A DNA stretch of 64,000 bases, taken from Bdellovibrionales bacterium (lineage in GTDB: Bacteria > Bdellovibrionota > Bdellovibrionia > Bdellovibrionales > UBA1609). The stretch is from the NCBI GenBank assembly GCA_020630675.1, contig JAHDIR010000006.1, positions 21,132-85,131 on the forward strand, read 5' to 3'. A program made the translations under genes and the position numbers. Positions 27,473 through 37,619 of this stretch are shown here, piece by piece; the stretch's first letter is position 1, and each line of letters begins with the position of its first letter. The notes under the pieces are model-generated. The model had not been told where the DNA came from, did no database searches, and saw nothing but the letters and a program-made list of their open reading frames with translations.

Positions 27473-28850
27473 ATTAACAGTAAAAGATCTTTTACAAGCC
27501 ACCACTGGTGAGCTTTTACAGGGCCATGAGTCTACGACTTTTGAGGGAGCAGAAATAGATTCTCGGAAGCCCTTAAATGGCAAGCTGTTTATTGCTTTGA
27601 AAGGAGATAAATTTGACGGTCATGATTTTATTAAAAGTGATTTGTCGGCTCATGTTTTTTTAGTTCATAAAATCATCGAACTCACTCAGTTTCCTCCTCA
27701 AGCTACGGTTGTTATGGTGCCGGACACTCTTTTGGGGCTTCAAGATTTAGCTCATTTTTGGAGAAAAAAAGTTCCGGCTAAATTTTTAGCTATTTCAGGG
27801 TCAAATGGTAAAACAACGTCTAAGGAATTCACTAAGTCGGTATTGAGTCAGCAATTTTCTGTGGTGGCGAGTCAGGCCAGCTTTAATAATCATTGGGGAG
27901 TCCCTTTGACTCTTTTGAATGTTGGCGAAAAAGATGATGTGGCAGTTATTGAAATGGGAATGAATCACTTAGGAGAGCTCAAACGCTTGTCTGAAATCAC
28001 TCAGCAAGATGTTTCTGTGGTTACCAATATTGGTCGAGCACATATGGGTGAAGTGGGGTCTTTCGAAAAAGTCATTCAGGCCAAAAAAGAGCTTTATGAT
28101 CACTCGCCACAAGCTTTACATATTTTTAACCTTGATAATATCGAAACTAAAAAAATATATGAAAGTCGATTAAAGTGTAAAAACCAAATGACGTTTTCTT
28201 CACAAAACAAAAACGCAGATGTTTATTTGCGGGTGAATGAAATGTTTTTGGATCAATTTTCTGTTGAGGGACATATTCAGGGTTTGAACGGACAAGCCAT
28301 GGTTTCGGTTTTTGGCCGGCATAATGTGTATAATGTCATGGTGGCGGCGGCCTTAGGTTTAGCTTGTGGGATGAGCCCTGAGCAGGTGTGGTCAGCTTTG
28401 CCAAATATTCAGGGGGCTTGGGGGAGGAGCGAGCTGAAGTCCTGTCCTCAAAAAGGGTTTCAAGTGATATTTGATGCCTACAATGCCAACCCTGAAAGTG
28501 TAAATGCTTTAATTCATTCGGTTTCAGAGGTCTCCCATGCCGGGCAAAAGTATTTTATTTTAGGAGATATGTTAGAGCTCGGTGAACAATCATTAGTTTT
28601 ACATCAAAAGGTGATTGCTGAAATCATGAAAAAATACGATGGTTTTTGGTATATAGGGCAACACACTGAGTCTATTGAGGCTTTTGTTAAAGAGCAAAAA
28701 TTTGAAAAAACTTATTTCTTATCAAGTACTTATGAAGAAGTTCTTGCAATGAAATTCCATTCTATGTTACACCCTGAGGACCTAGTTTTAATAAAAGGTT
28801 CTCGTGGTATGCGCTTAGAAAGCATTTTAGAGGCCTGGAATATCAAGTAG
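27462..28850 (+). CDS. murF: UDP-N-acetylmuramoyl-tripeptide--D-alanyl-D-alanine ligase
   Basis: Mur ligase P-loop ISGSNGKTT, the NNHWGVP motif, and its position after murE. Confidence 0.93.
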   Translation: MKVKLTVKDLLQATTGELLQGHESTTFEGAEIDSRKPLNGKLFIALKGDKFDGHDFIKSDLSAHVFLVHKIIELTQFPPQATVVMVPDTLLGLQDLAHFWRKKVPAKFLAISGSNGKTTSKEFTKSVLSQQFSVVASQASFNNHWGVPLTLLNVGEKDDVAVIEMGMNHLGELKRLSEITQQDVSVVTNIGRAHMGEVGSFEKVIQAKKELYDHSPQALHIFNLDNIETKKIYESRLKCKNQMTFSSQNKNADVYLRVNEMFLDQFSVEGHIQGLNGQAMVSVFGRHNVYNVMVAAALGLACGMSPEQVWSALPNIQGAWGRSELKSCPQKGFQVIFDAYNANPESVNALIHSVSEVSHAGQKYFILGDMLELGEQSLVLHQKVIAEIMKKYDGFWYIGQHTESIEAFVKEQKFEKTYFLSSTYEEVLAMKFHSMLHPEDLVLIKGSRGMRLESILEAWNIK

Positions 28851-28859
28851 AGGTCTTTC

Positions 28860-29936
28860 TTGCTATCACACTGGTTGTTTCAACTTGCCGATCAATTTAG
28901 TTTTTTAAATGTTTTTAGGTATATCACTTTTAGATCCTTCATTTCTTTTTTTACCGCTTTTTTTACATGTTGGTTTTTGGGTCCGTACTTCATAAAAAAA
29001 ATGGTGCAAAAACAAGTTAAACAAAACGTACGAGAGGACGGCCCTGAAACTCATTTTAAAAAACAAGGCACTCCAACTATGGGAGGAGTGTTAATCATGA
29101 TGTCTATATTGGCCTCAGCTCTTTTGTGGATGGATGTACTTAACTTATACATGTGGTCGGCCTTAAGTTTAACAATGCTGTTTGGTCTAATTGGTTATTT
29201 TGATGATGCCTTGACCATTAAACGGAAAAGTTCAAAAGGTTTGCCAGGTAAATTGCGTTTGGTTTTAGAGTTTTTGGTTTGTGTACTTATTATTGGCTAC
29301 TTGGTGGTTGATAATAAATTGAGTACGGAACTACATATTCCATTTTTTAAAAACCTATATTTTGATTTAGGTTATTTTTATATTCTCTTTGCTAGCTTTG
29401 TTATTGTTGGCTGTGCCAACGCAGTGAACCTGACAGATGGCCTTGATGGTTTAGCTATTGTGCCAGTGATCATATGTGCTGGTACCTTTGCCTTATTTGC
29501 CTATTTGGCCGGTCATTACGAAATTGCCAACTACTTAAATATCCCCCATATTTCAGGCGTAGGAGGCTTAACCCCTTTAGCGGTGAGTGTGATTGCCGCA
29601 GGCCTTGGCTTTTTGTGGTTTAATGCTTACCCCGCTCAAGTTTTTATGGGTGATGTCGGAAGTCTAGGTTTAGGTGGCTTTTTAGGTGTGATGGCTGTTT
29701 TAACAAAAAATGAACTTATCTTATTGTTAGTGGGTGGTGTTTTTGTTGTAGAGGCTTTGTCTGTTATTACTCAAGTGGTTTCGTTTAAGTTAACCGGTAA
29801 AAGAGTCTTTAGAATGGCGCCCATTCATCATCATTTTGAACTGAAAGGTTTAGTTGAAAATAAAATTATTGTTCGTTTTTGGATCATTTCTATTTTATTA
29901 GCCGTGCTGAGTTTAAGCACATTAAAGTTGAGGTAA
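28860..29936 (+). CDS. mraY: phospho-N-acetylmuramoyl-pentapeptide transferase
   Basis: Polytopic membrane protein with the [20 protein letters not shown] and HHHFE motifs. TTG start. Confidence 0.95.
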   Translation: MLSHWLFQLADQFSFLNVFRYITFRSFISFFTAFFTCWFLGPYFIKKMVQKQVKQNVREDGPETHFKKQGTPTMGGVLIMMSILASALLWMDVLNLYMWSALSLTMLFGLIGYFDDALTIKRKSSKGLPGKLRLVLEFLVCVLIIGYLVVDNKLSTELHIPFFKNLYFDLGYFYILFASFVIVGCANAVNLTDGLDGLAIVPVIICAGTFALFAYLAGHYEIANYLNIPHISGVGGLTPLAVSVIAAGLGFLWFNAYPAQVFMGDVGSLGLGGFLGVMAVLTKNELILLLVGGVFVVEALSVITQVVSFKLTGKRVFRMAPIHHHFELKGLVENKIIVRFWIISILLAVLSLSTLKLR

Positions 29937-29938
29937 AT

Positions 29939-31324
29939 ATGCAAGATATATCAGAAGTCAGAGGTAAGAAAATTTTAGTTGTTGGCCTAGCTAAAACAGG
30001 TGTGGCTTTAAGTCACCTTTTAGTGAAGCATGGCGCATTGGTGACGGTCAGTGATCATAAATCTAAGGCTGAGCTTTCTAACTTTTTAGATAAAATGAAC
30101 GATATAGAAGTTGAGTATGAGTTAGGAGGGCACACTCCTAAAACATTTCTGCAACAAGATTTAATTATTTTAAGCCCAGGAATCTCTCCAAACTTAAAGC
30201 TTTTTGAATATGCTAGAAGTCACGGTGTAAAAGTTTCTGGTGAGTTTGAGTTTGTTACTCAGTTTATCAAAGAGCCAATGATTGCCGTTACAGGCACCAA
30301 CGGTAAAACCACTGTGAGTAGTTTATTAAAGGCTATGTTTGATGAGGAAGGAATATCTTGCTGGCTGGGTGGTAATATTGGAGCTCCGATGTCTGAGTAT
30401 ATGCTGGCTGAGAAGCCGGCTCAGGTTGTGGTGGCTGAAGTTTCTAGCTTTCAACTAGAACATGTTGAAAACTTTAAGGCTAAAAATATTATTTTTTCTA
30501 ATTTAGCCGAGAACCATTTAGACCGTTATAAAACCATGGAAGAATATATAAATGCAAAAAGAAAAATATTCTTAAACACAAACCAAGATACAACAAGCAT
30601 ATTAAATGCAGATGATAATGCTGTAGTTGAATTGGCAAGAGACCCTTCAGTACAAAGAGGACGAATTTTTTATTTCTCACGCCGACCTATTTTAGAGCCA
30701 CAAATTATGAATATCGGTGGTTGTGTCGTTGTTGATAATCAAATTAAGCTCAGAACAGGGCCTGAAATTAGGACCTTTAATTTATCCAATGTGCAAATGC
30801 GCGGAAAGCACTCTTTAGAAAATATTATGTCTTCAGCTTTGGCGGCCAGTGAAAACGGAGTGAGCCAAGCTTCGATTCAAAAAGTCATCGACACCTATTC
30901 TGGGCTTCCTCATCGCCTAGAGTATGTTCGTAAAGTTGGTGGTGTTAGGTTTTATAATGACTCAAAAGCCACTAATGTTCATGCTGTTAAAAGAGCTTTA
31001 AATGCATTTGATGAAAATATAATTTTAGTTATGGGTGGCAAAGACACTAACTTAAATTACTCTCCTTTAATTGATGATATAAAATTAAGAGTTAAAAACT
31101 TGATTTTGGTCGGAGAGGCTAAAGAGCGAATTAATCGTGACATTGGTGACTACAGTGAAACTTTTTTAATTGGAACTTTTGAAGAGGCTGTTCATATGGC
31201 TTATCAAAAAAGCCGTATTGATGATATTGTTTTACTTTCTCCAGGAGCTTCCAGCTTTGACATTTTTGACAGTTATGTCGAGCGTGGAAACTACTATAAA
31301 GAGATTGTAAACAAGTTTAGGTAA
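29939..31324 (+). CDS. murD: UDP-N-acetylmuramoylalanine--D-glutamate ligase
   Basis: N-terminal Rossmann motif KILVVGLAKTG and P-loop VTGTNGKTT. ATG 29939 lies just after the mraY stop and is preferred over 29879. Confidence 0.93.
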   Translation: MQDISEVRGKKILVVGLAKTGVALSHLLVKHGALVTVSDHKSKAELSNFLDKMNDIEVEYELGGHTPKTFLQQDLIILSPGISPNLKLFEYARSHGVKVSGEFEFVTQFIKEPMIAVTGTNGKTTVSSLLKAMFDEEGISCWLGGNIGAPMSEYMLAEKPAQVVVAEVSSFQLEHVENFKAKNIIFSNLAENHLDRYKTMEEYINAKRKIFLNTNQDTTSILNADDNAVVELARDPSVQRGRIFYFSRRPILEPQIMNIGGCVVVDNQIKLRTGPEIRTFNLSNVQMRGKHSLENIMSSALAASENGVSQASIQKVIDTYSGLPHRLEYVRKVGGVRFYNDSKATNVHAVKRALNAFDENIILVMGGKDTNLNYSPLIDDIKLRVKNLILVGEAKERINRDIGDYSETFLIGTFEEAVHMAYQKSRIDDIVLLSPGASSFDIFDSYVERGNYYKEIVNKFR

Positions 31325-31332
31325 TTTTAAAT

Positions 31333-33231
31333 TTATTTTTTGAGATCTTCTAATAGGGGCGAAACAGTGAATGTTTCGCCTTTTTTAGTGGTATAAGTCA
31401 GTTGGGTTTGGTTGTAGCCATAGGGGTTGTTAATGATACCAGAGCTTTCAAATCGAAACTCTAAAATTCCCGTTAGTAAAACTCGGCATTGCTTATTTTG
31501 CCACACGACGATATTTCCTGAAAGGCTTAAGCCGACCAGTCTTTGCATCCAAGGTTCTGTGGTGACTGAGTTGACTTGACAGTGATGACTAAAATCAATT
31601 TTTTCTTGTTGCCCAATAAAACTATTTTCATACTTGAGGTGAGTAGATTTTGTAATCACAAAGTCTATAATTTCTTCGTCAGATTTTAAAAACTGCTCTT
31701 CTTGTTCTTCAAGCGATTGTGCTCTAATCTTAATGTACTTATGATATTTCTTTACTTTGATGCGGCCAGAGTCATCGAGTAGGGCTCTTAAGCCCACACC
31801 GTCTTGAATTTTGACTGCCTTCGTTGGCGTAGTGGCTTGTAATTCATCAGGGCTATACTCAAGGCTAATAACACTGTACTCTAAAGGAAGTTCATCTTCT
31901 CTTTTTAATCGTCCAAAGTTCACAACTCCTTCCGTGTCTATTGCATAGAAAGAAAAACCATAATGGTTAGGTGTAATGCTTTTAATATTATTAGGTGTGT
32001 TTAACTTAGGAAAAGTGAGCTCTTTAAATTCAGAGTTATAAAAGCTCACTTGCCCGTTGTTTTGTAATAAGACAAGGTTTCTGCCATGAAGTAAATGGAG
32101 CGAGCTGACATTGTTTACTCGGTCGAAATTTATGTAATCTCTGTCGTCATTCGAGTTAATACCTTCGATCATCAAAGTATCATCGTTGTTTAAAATTAAG
32201 TTTCTATTGACCTTAAGTTCTGGGTTAAATGTACGAAATAATTTTTTGGCTTGAGGTAGATAAGGCGCGATATGGTCATTATGGTAATCATCGACTTGTC
32301 TTTTATCTGGAGCCCAAGAATAAATTTGCTTGTCTTTGGAATAAACATGAATGCCATGGGTTTTTGAGTTATGTGATAGACTTTCAGTAGGGCCCAGCTT
32401 ATTGATTTCATGAATTGGAGAGAACTCTTTAAATAAAGGGTCATAACTTAAAACCTCTTGTTTAGAGTTAAGGGCAACAATGACATCGTTATATTGAGCT
32501 TGTTCAAACATATGATTGAACCTGTGGGCGGCAAAATCGTTGGCAGTATTTAAAGCTAATTTTCGATCACTATCGTTAAATGCATGACCTTTCGTTTTTG
32601 CCACTAAAATTAAAAACCAGTATTCAACACTGTAGGCACCAGCAAACTTGATCCTTTTTTCTAAAGCGTCGTCACAACCTGCCACTCCTTGTAAGTTGCC
32701 CTGGTAACAATCAGCATGCATAGCGCTTTTAGGGTTAGAGTGAGTGGCTTCGTGAATCATGACAGATAATTGGCTTACCAGCGGACTTTCTAATAGAAGT
32801 TTAGGAACTAAGAGCTCTCCGGTGTTTAAATCGTAAGCTCCAATAGCGCGAGAGGCGGTGTCAAAGCGAAGGCCCTTAAGGTTTTGCCCCATAAAAAATT
32901 GCCAAGGCTTTTTTAGGGCTTGAGTGACTTCGTTATTAATTTCTTCTGGAAAACTCTCAAACTCAAAAGACATAAAAAATTGAAGTGTTTTTATCAATTG
33001 TGAAAGGTAACTATTCTGACAGTCAGGTGAAGCCGCAAGAAAAGATTTATGGTCAATGTTGATAGGGATGTTTTTTAAATCAACTTTGTTTTGCTCGGTG
33101 AGAGCACATTGCTTTGTGGGGTTTATTTGTAAACTATTTGGTGTTGGCTCAGCATAAGAAACATTTTTAAAAACTAAAAGCGTATACAATGCTAAGTAAA
33201 ATACAAAAGGTTTGCCTTTTATTAACCTCAT
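31333..33231 (-). CDS. secreted hypothetical protein with an HExxH zinc-metallopeptidase-like motif
   Basis: Signal peptide (LALYTLLVFKNVSYA) and the motif VMIHEATHSNPKSAMH (HExxH plus a downstream His). The C-terminal ~350 aa are beta-rich. It converges on murD with only 8 nt between the stops. Confidence 0.55.
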   Translation of the reverse strand: MRLIKGKPFVFYLALYTLLVFKNVSYAEPTPNSLQINPTKQCALTEQNKVDLKNIPINIDHKSFLAASPDCQNSYLSQLIKTLQFFMSFEFESFPEEINNEVTQALKKPWQFFMGQNLKGLRFDTASRAIGAYDLNTGELLVPKLLLESPLVSQLSVMIHEATHSNPKSAMHADCYQGNLQGVAGCDDALEKRIKFAGAYSVEYWFLILVAKTKGHAFNDSDRKLALNTANDFAAHRFNHMFEQAQYNDVIVALNSKQEVLSYDPLFKEFSPIHEINKLGPTESLSHNSKTHGIHVYSKDKQIYSWAPDKRQVDDYHNDHIAPYLPQAKKLFRTFNPELKVNRNLILNNDDTLMIEGINSNDDRDYINFDRVNNVSSLHLLHGRNLVLLQNNGQVSFYNSEFKELTFPKLNTPNNIKSITPNHYGFSFYAIDTEGVVNFGRLKREDELPLEYSVISLEYSPDELQATTPTKAVKIQDGVGLRALLDDSGRIKVKKYHKYIKIRAQSLEEQEEQFLKSDEEIIDFVITKSTHLKYENSFIGQQEKIDFSHHCQVNSVTTEPWMQRLVGLSLSGNIVVWQNKQCRVLLTGILEFRFESSGIINNPYGYNQTQLTYTTKKGETFTVSPLLEDLKK

Positions 33232-33585
33232 TTATCCCTCCCAAGATAGCCTTGGTTTACCATGGGCAAATGTCGATCGAGGACCATTTTTTCTGAATAT
33301 GTAAAAAATTGAGATTTGCATAGATTTTTCTTATGGGAGGTAAATCACTTAATTTTTAAGGAGTTGGGTTGCTTACTTGCAGGGCACAACTTTAGTAGTG
33401 TTTTAAAAAGTTGAGAGTTATTAGATAGATATATTATTGAGTCTCTAGGCTATTTATGTTCCCATAAAGGTATAAGAAGTGAATGAGTTTGTTTTTTTAA
33501 CAAAAAAATAGTCCTTTCACAGTTTTTGATGATTAAAAAACCAATAGAAGATTCAGCTTTAAAAAGCAGCACAAGGAGAGTCTAA

Positions 33586-34215
33586 ATGAAGTTAATAATT
33601 GGAATGATGGTGGCCCTTTTAATGACGTCTTGTTCGTCCAATAAAAAAGTAGAAACTCAAGCTCAAGAAGTTGTTAAAACGGAAGTGGAAACCAAAGCTG
33701 AGCCCGTTCAAGAAGAAGCGCCAGGAGTTCCTGAGGTGAGCGTTCCGGCAGCAACAACGGCAGAATTACCAATGATCACTGGAGACTCGATATTAGATGT
33801 AAACTGTGCTTTAGGGAGAGATCAAAGAACAATAAGTTTATTAAAAAGAACTGATGCTCAAGGTTGGGGAGTTGTTTACGAGAAGTTTGGCACTAAAAAG
33901 ACAATAGCGATTGCACAAAATGACAAAAGTTTTTGTGATGAAGTTGTCGGTCGTGTGAAATCAAATTTACAAAATGCCGGTTTTCAGTGTGATGGAGAGG
34001 GGGCTGTTTCTTCAGCTCCGGCTTCTGGTGCAGAAGAAGCCAGTGCGAACATTCAAGAAAAAACAAATATAGACAAGGCCAAAGAAGATGTGACGAATGC
34101 TAAAGAAAGTGCCGGAGCTATTATTGATAAAACAAAAGAAGGGGCCGTGAAAGTTATGGATAAGGCCAAAGAAACAGTAAAAGAAGTTGTGAATGAAGCA
34201 AAAGGTGATGAGTGA
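33586..34215 (+). CDS. lipoprotein with a Cys-containing central domain and a K/E/A-rich repeat tail
   Basis: Lipobox LLMTSC, an acidic linker, a central segment with 3 Cys, and a C-terminal repetitive tail (DKAKEDV.., DKTKEGA.., DKAKETV..). The stop TGA overlaps the GTG start of ftsW. Confidence 0.7.
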   Translation: MKLIIGMMVALLMTSCSSNKKVETQAQEVVKTEVETKAEPVQEEAPGVPEVSVPAATTAELPMITGDSILDVNCALGRDQRTISLLKRTDAQGWGVVYEKFGTKKTIAIAQNDKSFCDEVVGRVKSNLQNAGFQCDGEGAVSSAPASGAEEASANIQEKTNIDKAKEDVTNAKESAGAIIDKTKEGAVKVMDKAKETVKEVVNEAKGDE

Positions 34216-35321
34216 TCTCCAAATTAGATAAGGGTTTACTGTTAGCTCTTATTTTTCTTTTAGGCCTGGGGTTAGTCCAGGTCTATTCCTCCAGTTATGT
34301 TTATGCCGGAGAAAAATTTGATAATGCTTATCATTTTTTCTTTCGACAGCTGAGTTTTTCAGCTCTTGGTTTTGGCGTACTTTTAGTTTTTAGTCATTTG
34401 CCTTGGAAGTTCATAGAAAAATGGGGAGTTCTTATTTGGGGGGTGGCTTTTATAGGGATAGTCCTCACTTTTGTACCCTCTCTGTCAATTAAAGCTGGGG
34501 GAGCTGCCCGTTGGTTACGCTTACCTATGGGGTTGCGCTTTGAACCGTCGGAGTTGTTTAAAGTGACCTGGCCTTTATTTTTATCCACTTTTTTACTGAA
34601 TGAATGGAAAGGTCTTGGCCGTTGGAAATGGCCGATGGTTTCAGCTATAATTTTGGTGTCATTTGCTTTGCTTCTTAAGCAGCCCGATTTTGGTACCGTT
34701 GTTATCTGCACACTTTCTCTTTTAACGGTTTTATTTTGTTTTGGTTTAAAGTGGGGGTATATTCTCGTTAGTTTATTAATTGCCGTTCCCGCGGCAGTTC
34801 TTTTAGTTATATCTAAATCTTATCGTTATCAACGAATCGTCGCATTCTTAGACCCTTGGGCTGATCCATCTGAAAAAGGTTTTCAAATTATTCAAAGTTT
34901 GTTGGGCTATTATTCGGGAGGAGTTTTTGGTAATGGCTTAGGGCAGGGGCAAGCCAAGTTATTTTTTCTGCCGGAAGCACACACTGACTTTACCCTCTCT
35001 GTGTTGGGGGAAGAGATTGGCTTTCTAGGATTTTCTGCTGTATTTTTAATTTATGGTTTTATTGTTTTTAAAGGCATTCAAATTTCGGTAAGAGCGGCCA
35101 CTGGAAAACAGCAAATGGTGGCGTTAGGTTTAACCGTTATATTTGCATACTCTGTATTTATTAATGCCGGTGTGACTTTGGGCATGTTGCCAACAAAGGG
35201 CCTAGCCTTACCTTTTTTAAGTTATGGCGGTAGCTCTTTAGTTTGTGCCTGTTTTATGATGGGCTTGTTATTAAATATTGATAAGCAACCTAAAGTTATA
35301 AGTAAACGTTCTCGTCGTTAA
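34212..35321 (+). CDS. ftsW: SEDS-family peptidoglycan glycosyltransferase FtsW
   Basis: About ten TM helices, with the QPDFGT, PEAHTDF and LPFLSYGGSS motifs. GTG start. Confidence 0.93.
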   Translation: MISKLDKGLLLALIFLLGLGLVQVYSSSYVYAGEKFDNAYHFFFRQLSFSALGFGVLLVFSHLPWKFIEKWGVLIWGVAFIGIVLTFVPSLSIKAGGAARWLRLPMGLRFEPSELFKVTWPLFLSTFLLNEWKGLGRWKWPMVSAIILVSFALLLKQPDFGTVVICTLSLLTVLFCFGLKWGYILVSLLIAVPAAVLLVISKSYRYQRIVAFLDPWADPSEKGFQIIQSLLGYYSGGVFGNGLGQGQAKLFFLPEAHTDFTLSVLGEEIGFLGFSAVFLIYGFIVFKGIQISVRAATGKQQMVALGLTVIFAYSVFINAGVTLGMLPTKGLALPFLSYGGSSLVCACFMMGLLLNIDKQPKVISKRSRR

Positions 35322-35341
35322 TAATGTTCAATGGTTACAAT

Positions 35342-36226
35342 TTAGGCTTTAATATCAAAAGAGCCCAAGCTATGTAGTTTTTCACATAAATCTTGATTTC
35401 CTGTTTTAGAAATGAGCTGCGACATTTTTTCAATTTTCAAACTTTGGCTTTTGTGCCAAAAGGTTTCTTGTTTTAAATTTACTTTTTGCTCATGAGATAA
35501 ATGTCCAGCAGTAATCTCTAAAGACTTAGTGACCCAGTCGGCTTCAATTAATGAACGCACAAAGTTATGGGTAAGGTGAATAATCTGTTCATTTTGAGCG
35601 GCTAAGTTGCCACTTTTTTTTGTTAAGACAACACCCATGCCGTGATGTCCGACCTCATCTTTAATGATATCGTTAAATACCAAAGCCAATTCGGGGTTTA
35701 GGCAGGAATCTCTGAGTTGCGAGTAATGCATAAGACCAAACCCCTCAAGGATCACTTGAATGGTGAAGGTCATTGATTCTTTTGAGCCTTGCTGAAGACA
35801 AAGGTTAAGGGCCGATAGTAAGGGGTGAAGGTTTAAATTTTGGGGGTGTTCTCCCAATAGAAATGGCTCAATCATAAGTCGGTGTCGAACCTCATCACCT
35901 GCAAACAACGAGTATAAAGATTTCTCTTCTTCGCTTTCAGCAAGTTCAATCATCCGGGCCCCGTAGTTTAAGCCAAACTTTTCAATAAAATATATGAGCT
36001 CTAAGCTCCAGCGGTTTAATCTTAAAACCACCTCATTTTTTTGTATCTCACTCATTGAATTGTAAATAGACGAGCGTTGTAATTGATAATGGCCTTCGGC
36101 CCAATAAGGTTTGGTTCCTGTATTTTTAGTTGCTGGTATGCCGCTCACAGATCTCATGAGGGTGTGGAGGGGGTCTTTGTCTCCTAAGCGCCGGCAAAGC
36201 ATGCTATGATCGTGTTGTTTTTCCAA
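35342..36226 (-). CDS. ferritin-like di-iron carboxylate protein (putative oxygenase/hydroxylase)
   Basis: Two E...ExxH half-sites: ELIYFIEKFG...AGDEVRH and VILEGFG...IKDEVGHH. This is the signature of four-helix-bundle di-iron enzymes. The subfamily is not identified. Confidence 0.55.
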   Translation of the reverse strand: MEKQHDHSMLCRRLGDKDPLHTLMRSVSGIPATKNTGTKPYWAEGHYQLQRSSIYNSMSEIQKNEVVLRLNRWSLELIYFIEKFGLNYGARMIELAESEEEKSLYSLFAGDEVRHRLMIEPFLLGEHPQNLNLHPLLSALNLCLQQGSKESMTFTIQVILEGFGLMHYSQLRDSCLNPELALVFNDIIKDEVGHHGMGVVLTKKSGNLAAQNEQIIHLTHNFVRSLIEADWVTKSLEITAGHLSHEQKVNLKQETFWHKSQSLKIEKMSQLISKTGNQDLCEKLHSLGSFDIKA

Positions 36227-36848
36227 GGGACCCCCTTTCTATATGGCCTTTCATGGCTCGGCTGTGAGCAGGTAAAAAGTCGTGATCTAAAATTTTTGTA
36301 CCAGGGCCAAGACTACTTTGTGCCCCTATGATGGCATACTTTCCAATAGAGACCTTTTGAATATAAGAGCTTAATTCTCCCTTTTGGCGAATTAAAAAGT
36401 GTGAACCTAAAAGTGTTTCTCCACCAATGAACGAGTAGTCATCAACTTCAATTAATGAACGATCATAAACTCTAGCCGTTGGAGCCCATATAACTTTTTT
36501 ACCAATATGACTTCCCCATAAACGAAGCCAAGTGCTGAACCCCCCAGGGATAATAATTAGAACTCTTTCAAAGGCGGGAAAACAAATGAAATTATATTGT
36601 AAGTAATGAGAGATTAGCCAAGCAGATCCTTTTTTACTTTTATTTCCCAGCGTTTCTTTGCCAAGTTTAATTTTTAATCTTAAAGCCTTCCAGGTCAAAA
36701 GGGGAACTAAATAAATACAAAAAAATAGGTTTAAAAAACTGTAAATCGTTGGGTGAATAATGGCCCATGCAAAGCTGAATAAAATAATCAGTAAATGAAA
36801 AAGGGGGAAGTATCGCATGAGAATTTCGATAAACTTCATTAAGTTCAT
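36204..36848 (-). CDS. membrane-anchored hexapeptide-repeat (left-handed beta-helix) acyltransferase
   Basis: Two N-terminal TM helices, then the WLRLWGSHIGKKVIW...IEVDDYSFIGGETLLGSH...VSIGKYAIIGAQSSLGPGTKI pattern typical of WcaF/LbH acetyltransferases. Confidence 0.6.
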   Translation of the reverse strand: MNLMKFIEILMRYFPLFHLLIILFSFAWAIIHPTIYSFLNLFFCIYLVPLLTWKALRLKIKLGKETLGNKSKKGSAWLISHYLQYNFICFPAFERVLIIIPGGFSTWLRLWGSHIGKKVIWAPTARVYDRSLIEVDDYSFIGGETLLGSHFLIRQKGELSSYIQKVSIGKYAIIGAQSSLGPGTKILDHDFLPAHSRAMKGHIERGSLGKTTRS

Positions 36849-36867
36849 AGCCCCTCCTTTTTTAGAG

Positions 36868-37542
36868 TTAAGTTAGAGATCCGCTCAGTCTTTTGTAAAT
36901 ACGTTTTTCGTTTCTTATGAGGCGAGCTGTGGATAACAAAACATCTTCGATTTCGCCAATGAGCATTGAATAGTAAATTTTACGATTGGGGCAGTAAATA
37001 GAACCATTGCTTTGCATGCCAAATTTAGAAAAAAGTTTTACATTGTGAGGTTTGCAAATGGCAACAAGTCCCTGGCAGCCTCGCAAAGAAAATACTTCTA
37101 AGCCAGACACACATAATAGGTATTGAACAATTACGGCTAAAGTGATGTGATCTAAGTCTTGCGAGGTGACAAGTCGTCCAATTTCCCAATAATTATCAAA
37201 CTGATTATAATTTATATTTAAGCCTTCGTAGTCTTCAATTTCAAAGGGGCGACAAATGAGTCTTAAAGAAGCAAGTATTTCTCCTTGATGAGATACAACA
37301 AAAGTTAATCCACGTGAGTCTAGATGAGCTTCTAGTTCTCTTTCTTGGGTTTGTAAAAGGTGTGGAGCTTTGGCCAAATAGTATTTAGTTCTGTGTTCCC
37401 AAACTTGTCGGTATAAAATTTGGTGTTCGGCTTGAGCGCTGTCTTTATCTATAATATCAACGCTTAAAAGGTCAGAAAAGATGCGTTTCATCTTTCTTGT
37501 GGATTGTACGGCTGGAAATGTATCTATCGTTAGATCGGTCAT
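36868..37542 (-). CDS. GNAT-fold N-acyltransferase resembling LuxI / N-acyl amino acid synthase family
   Basis: ILYRQVW...ELEAHLDSRGLTFVVSHQGEILASLRLI...YWEIGRLV mirrors the conserved R..vF / D.yD / g..RL / wE.sR blocks of this superfamily. The assignment is tentative. Confidence 0.45.
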   Translation of the reverse strand: MTDLTIDTFPAVQSTRKMKRIFSDLLSVDIIDKDSAQAEHQILYRQVWEHRTKYYLAKAPHLLQTQERELEAHLDSRGLTFVVSHQGEILASLRLICRPFEIEDYEGLNINYNQFDNYWEIGRLVTSQDLDHITLAVIVQYLLCVSGLEVFSLRGCQGLVAICKPHNVKLFSKFGMQSNGSIYCPNRKIYYSMLIGEIEDVLLSTARLIRNEKRIYKRLSGSLT

Positions 37543-37619
37543 AGATTTAACTTAATAGAATTTAAGAAATGTCACAATGAGAGTCGTCCTTTGCAGAATT
37601 TTCAAACTTGAAAATTGGC

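Noticed and set aside
33232-33585. The 354-bp intergenic region examined for a tRNA, riboswitch or sRNA
   Set aside because: No cloverleaf-compatible sequence, conserved riboswitch core or strong hairpin is seen. It most likely holds the divergent promoters for the HExxH gene and the lipoprotein-ftsW unit.
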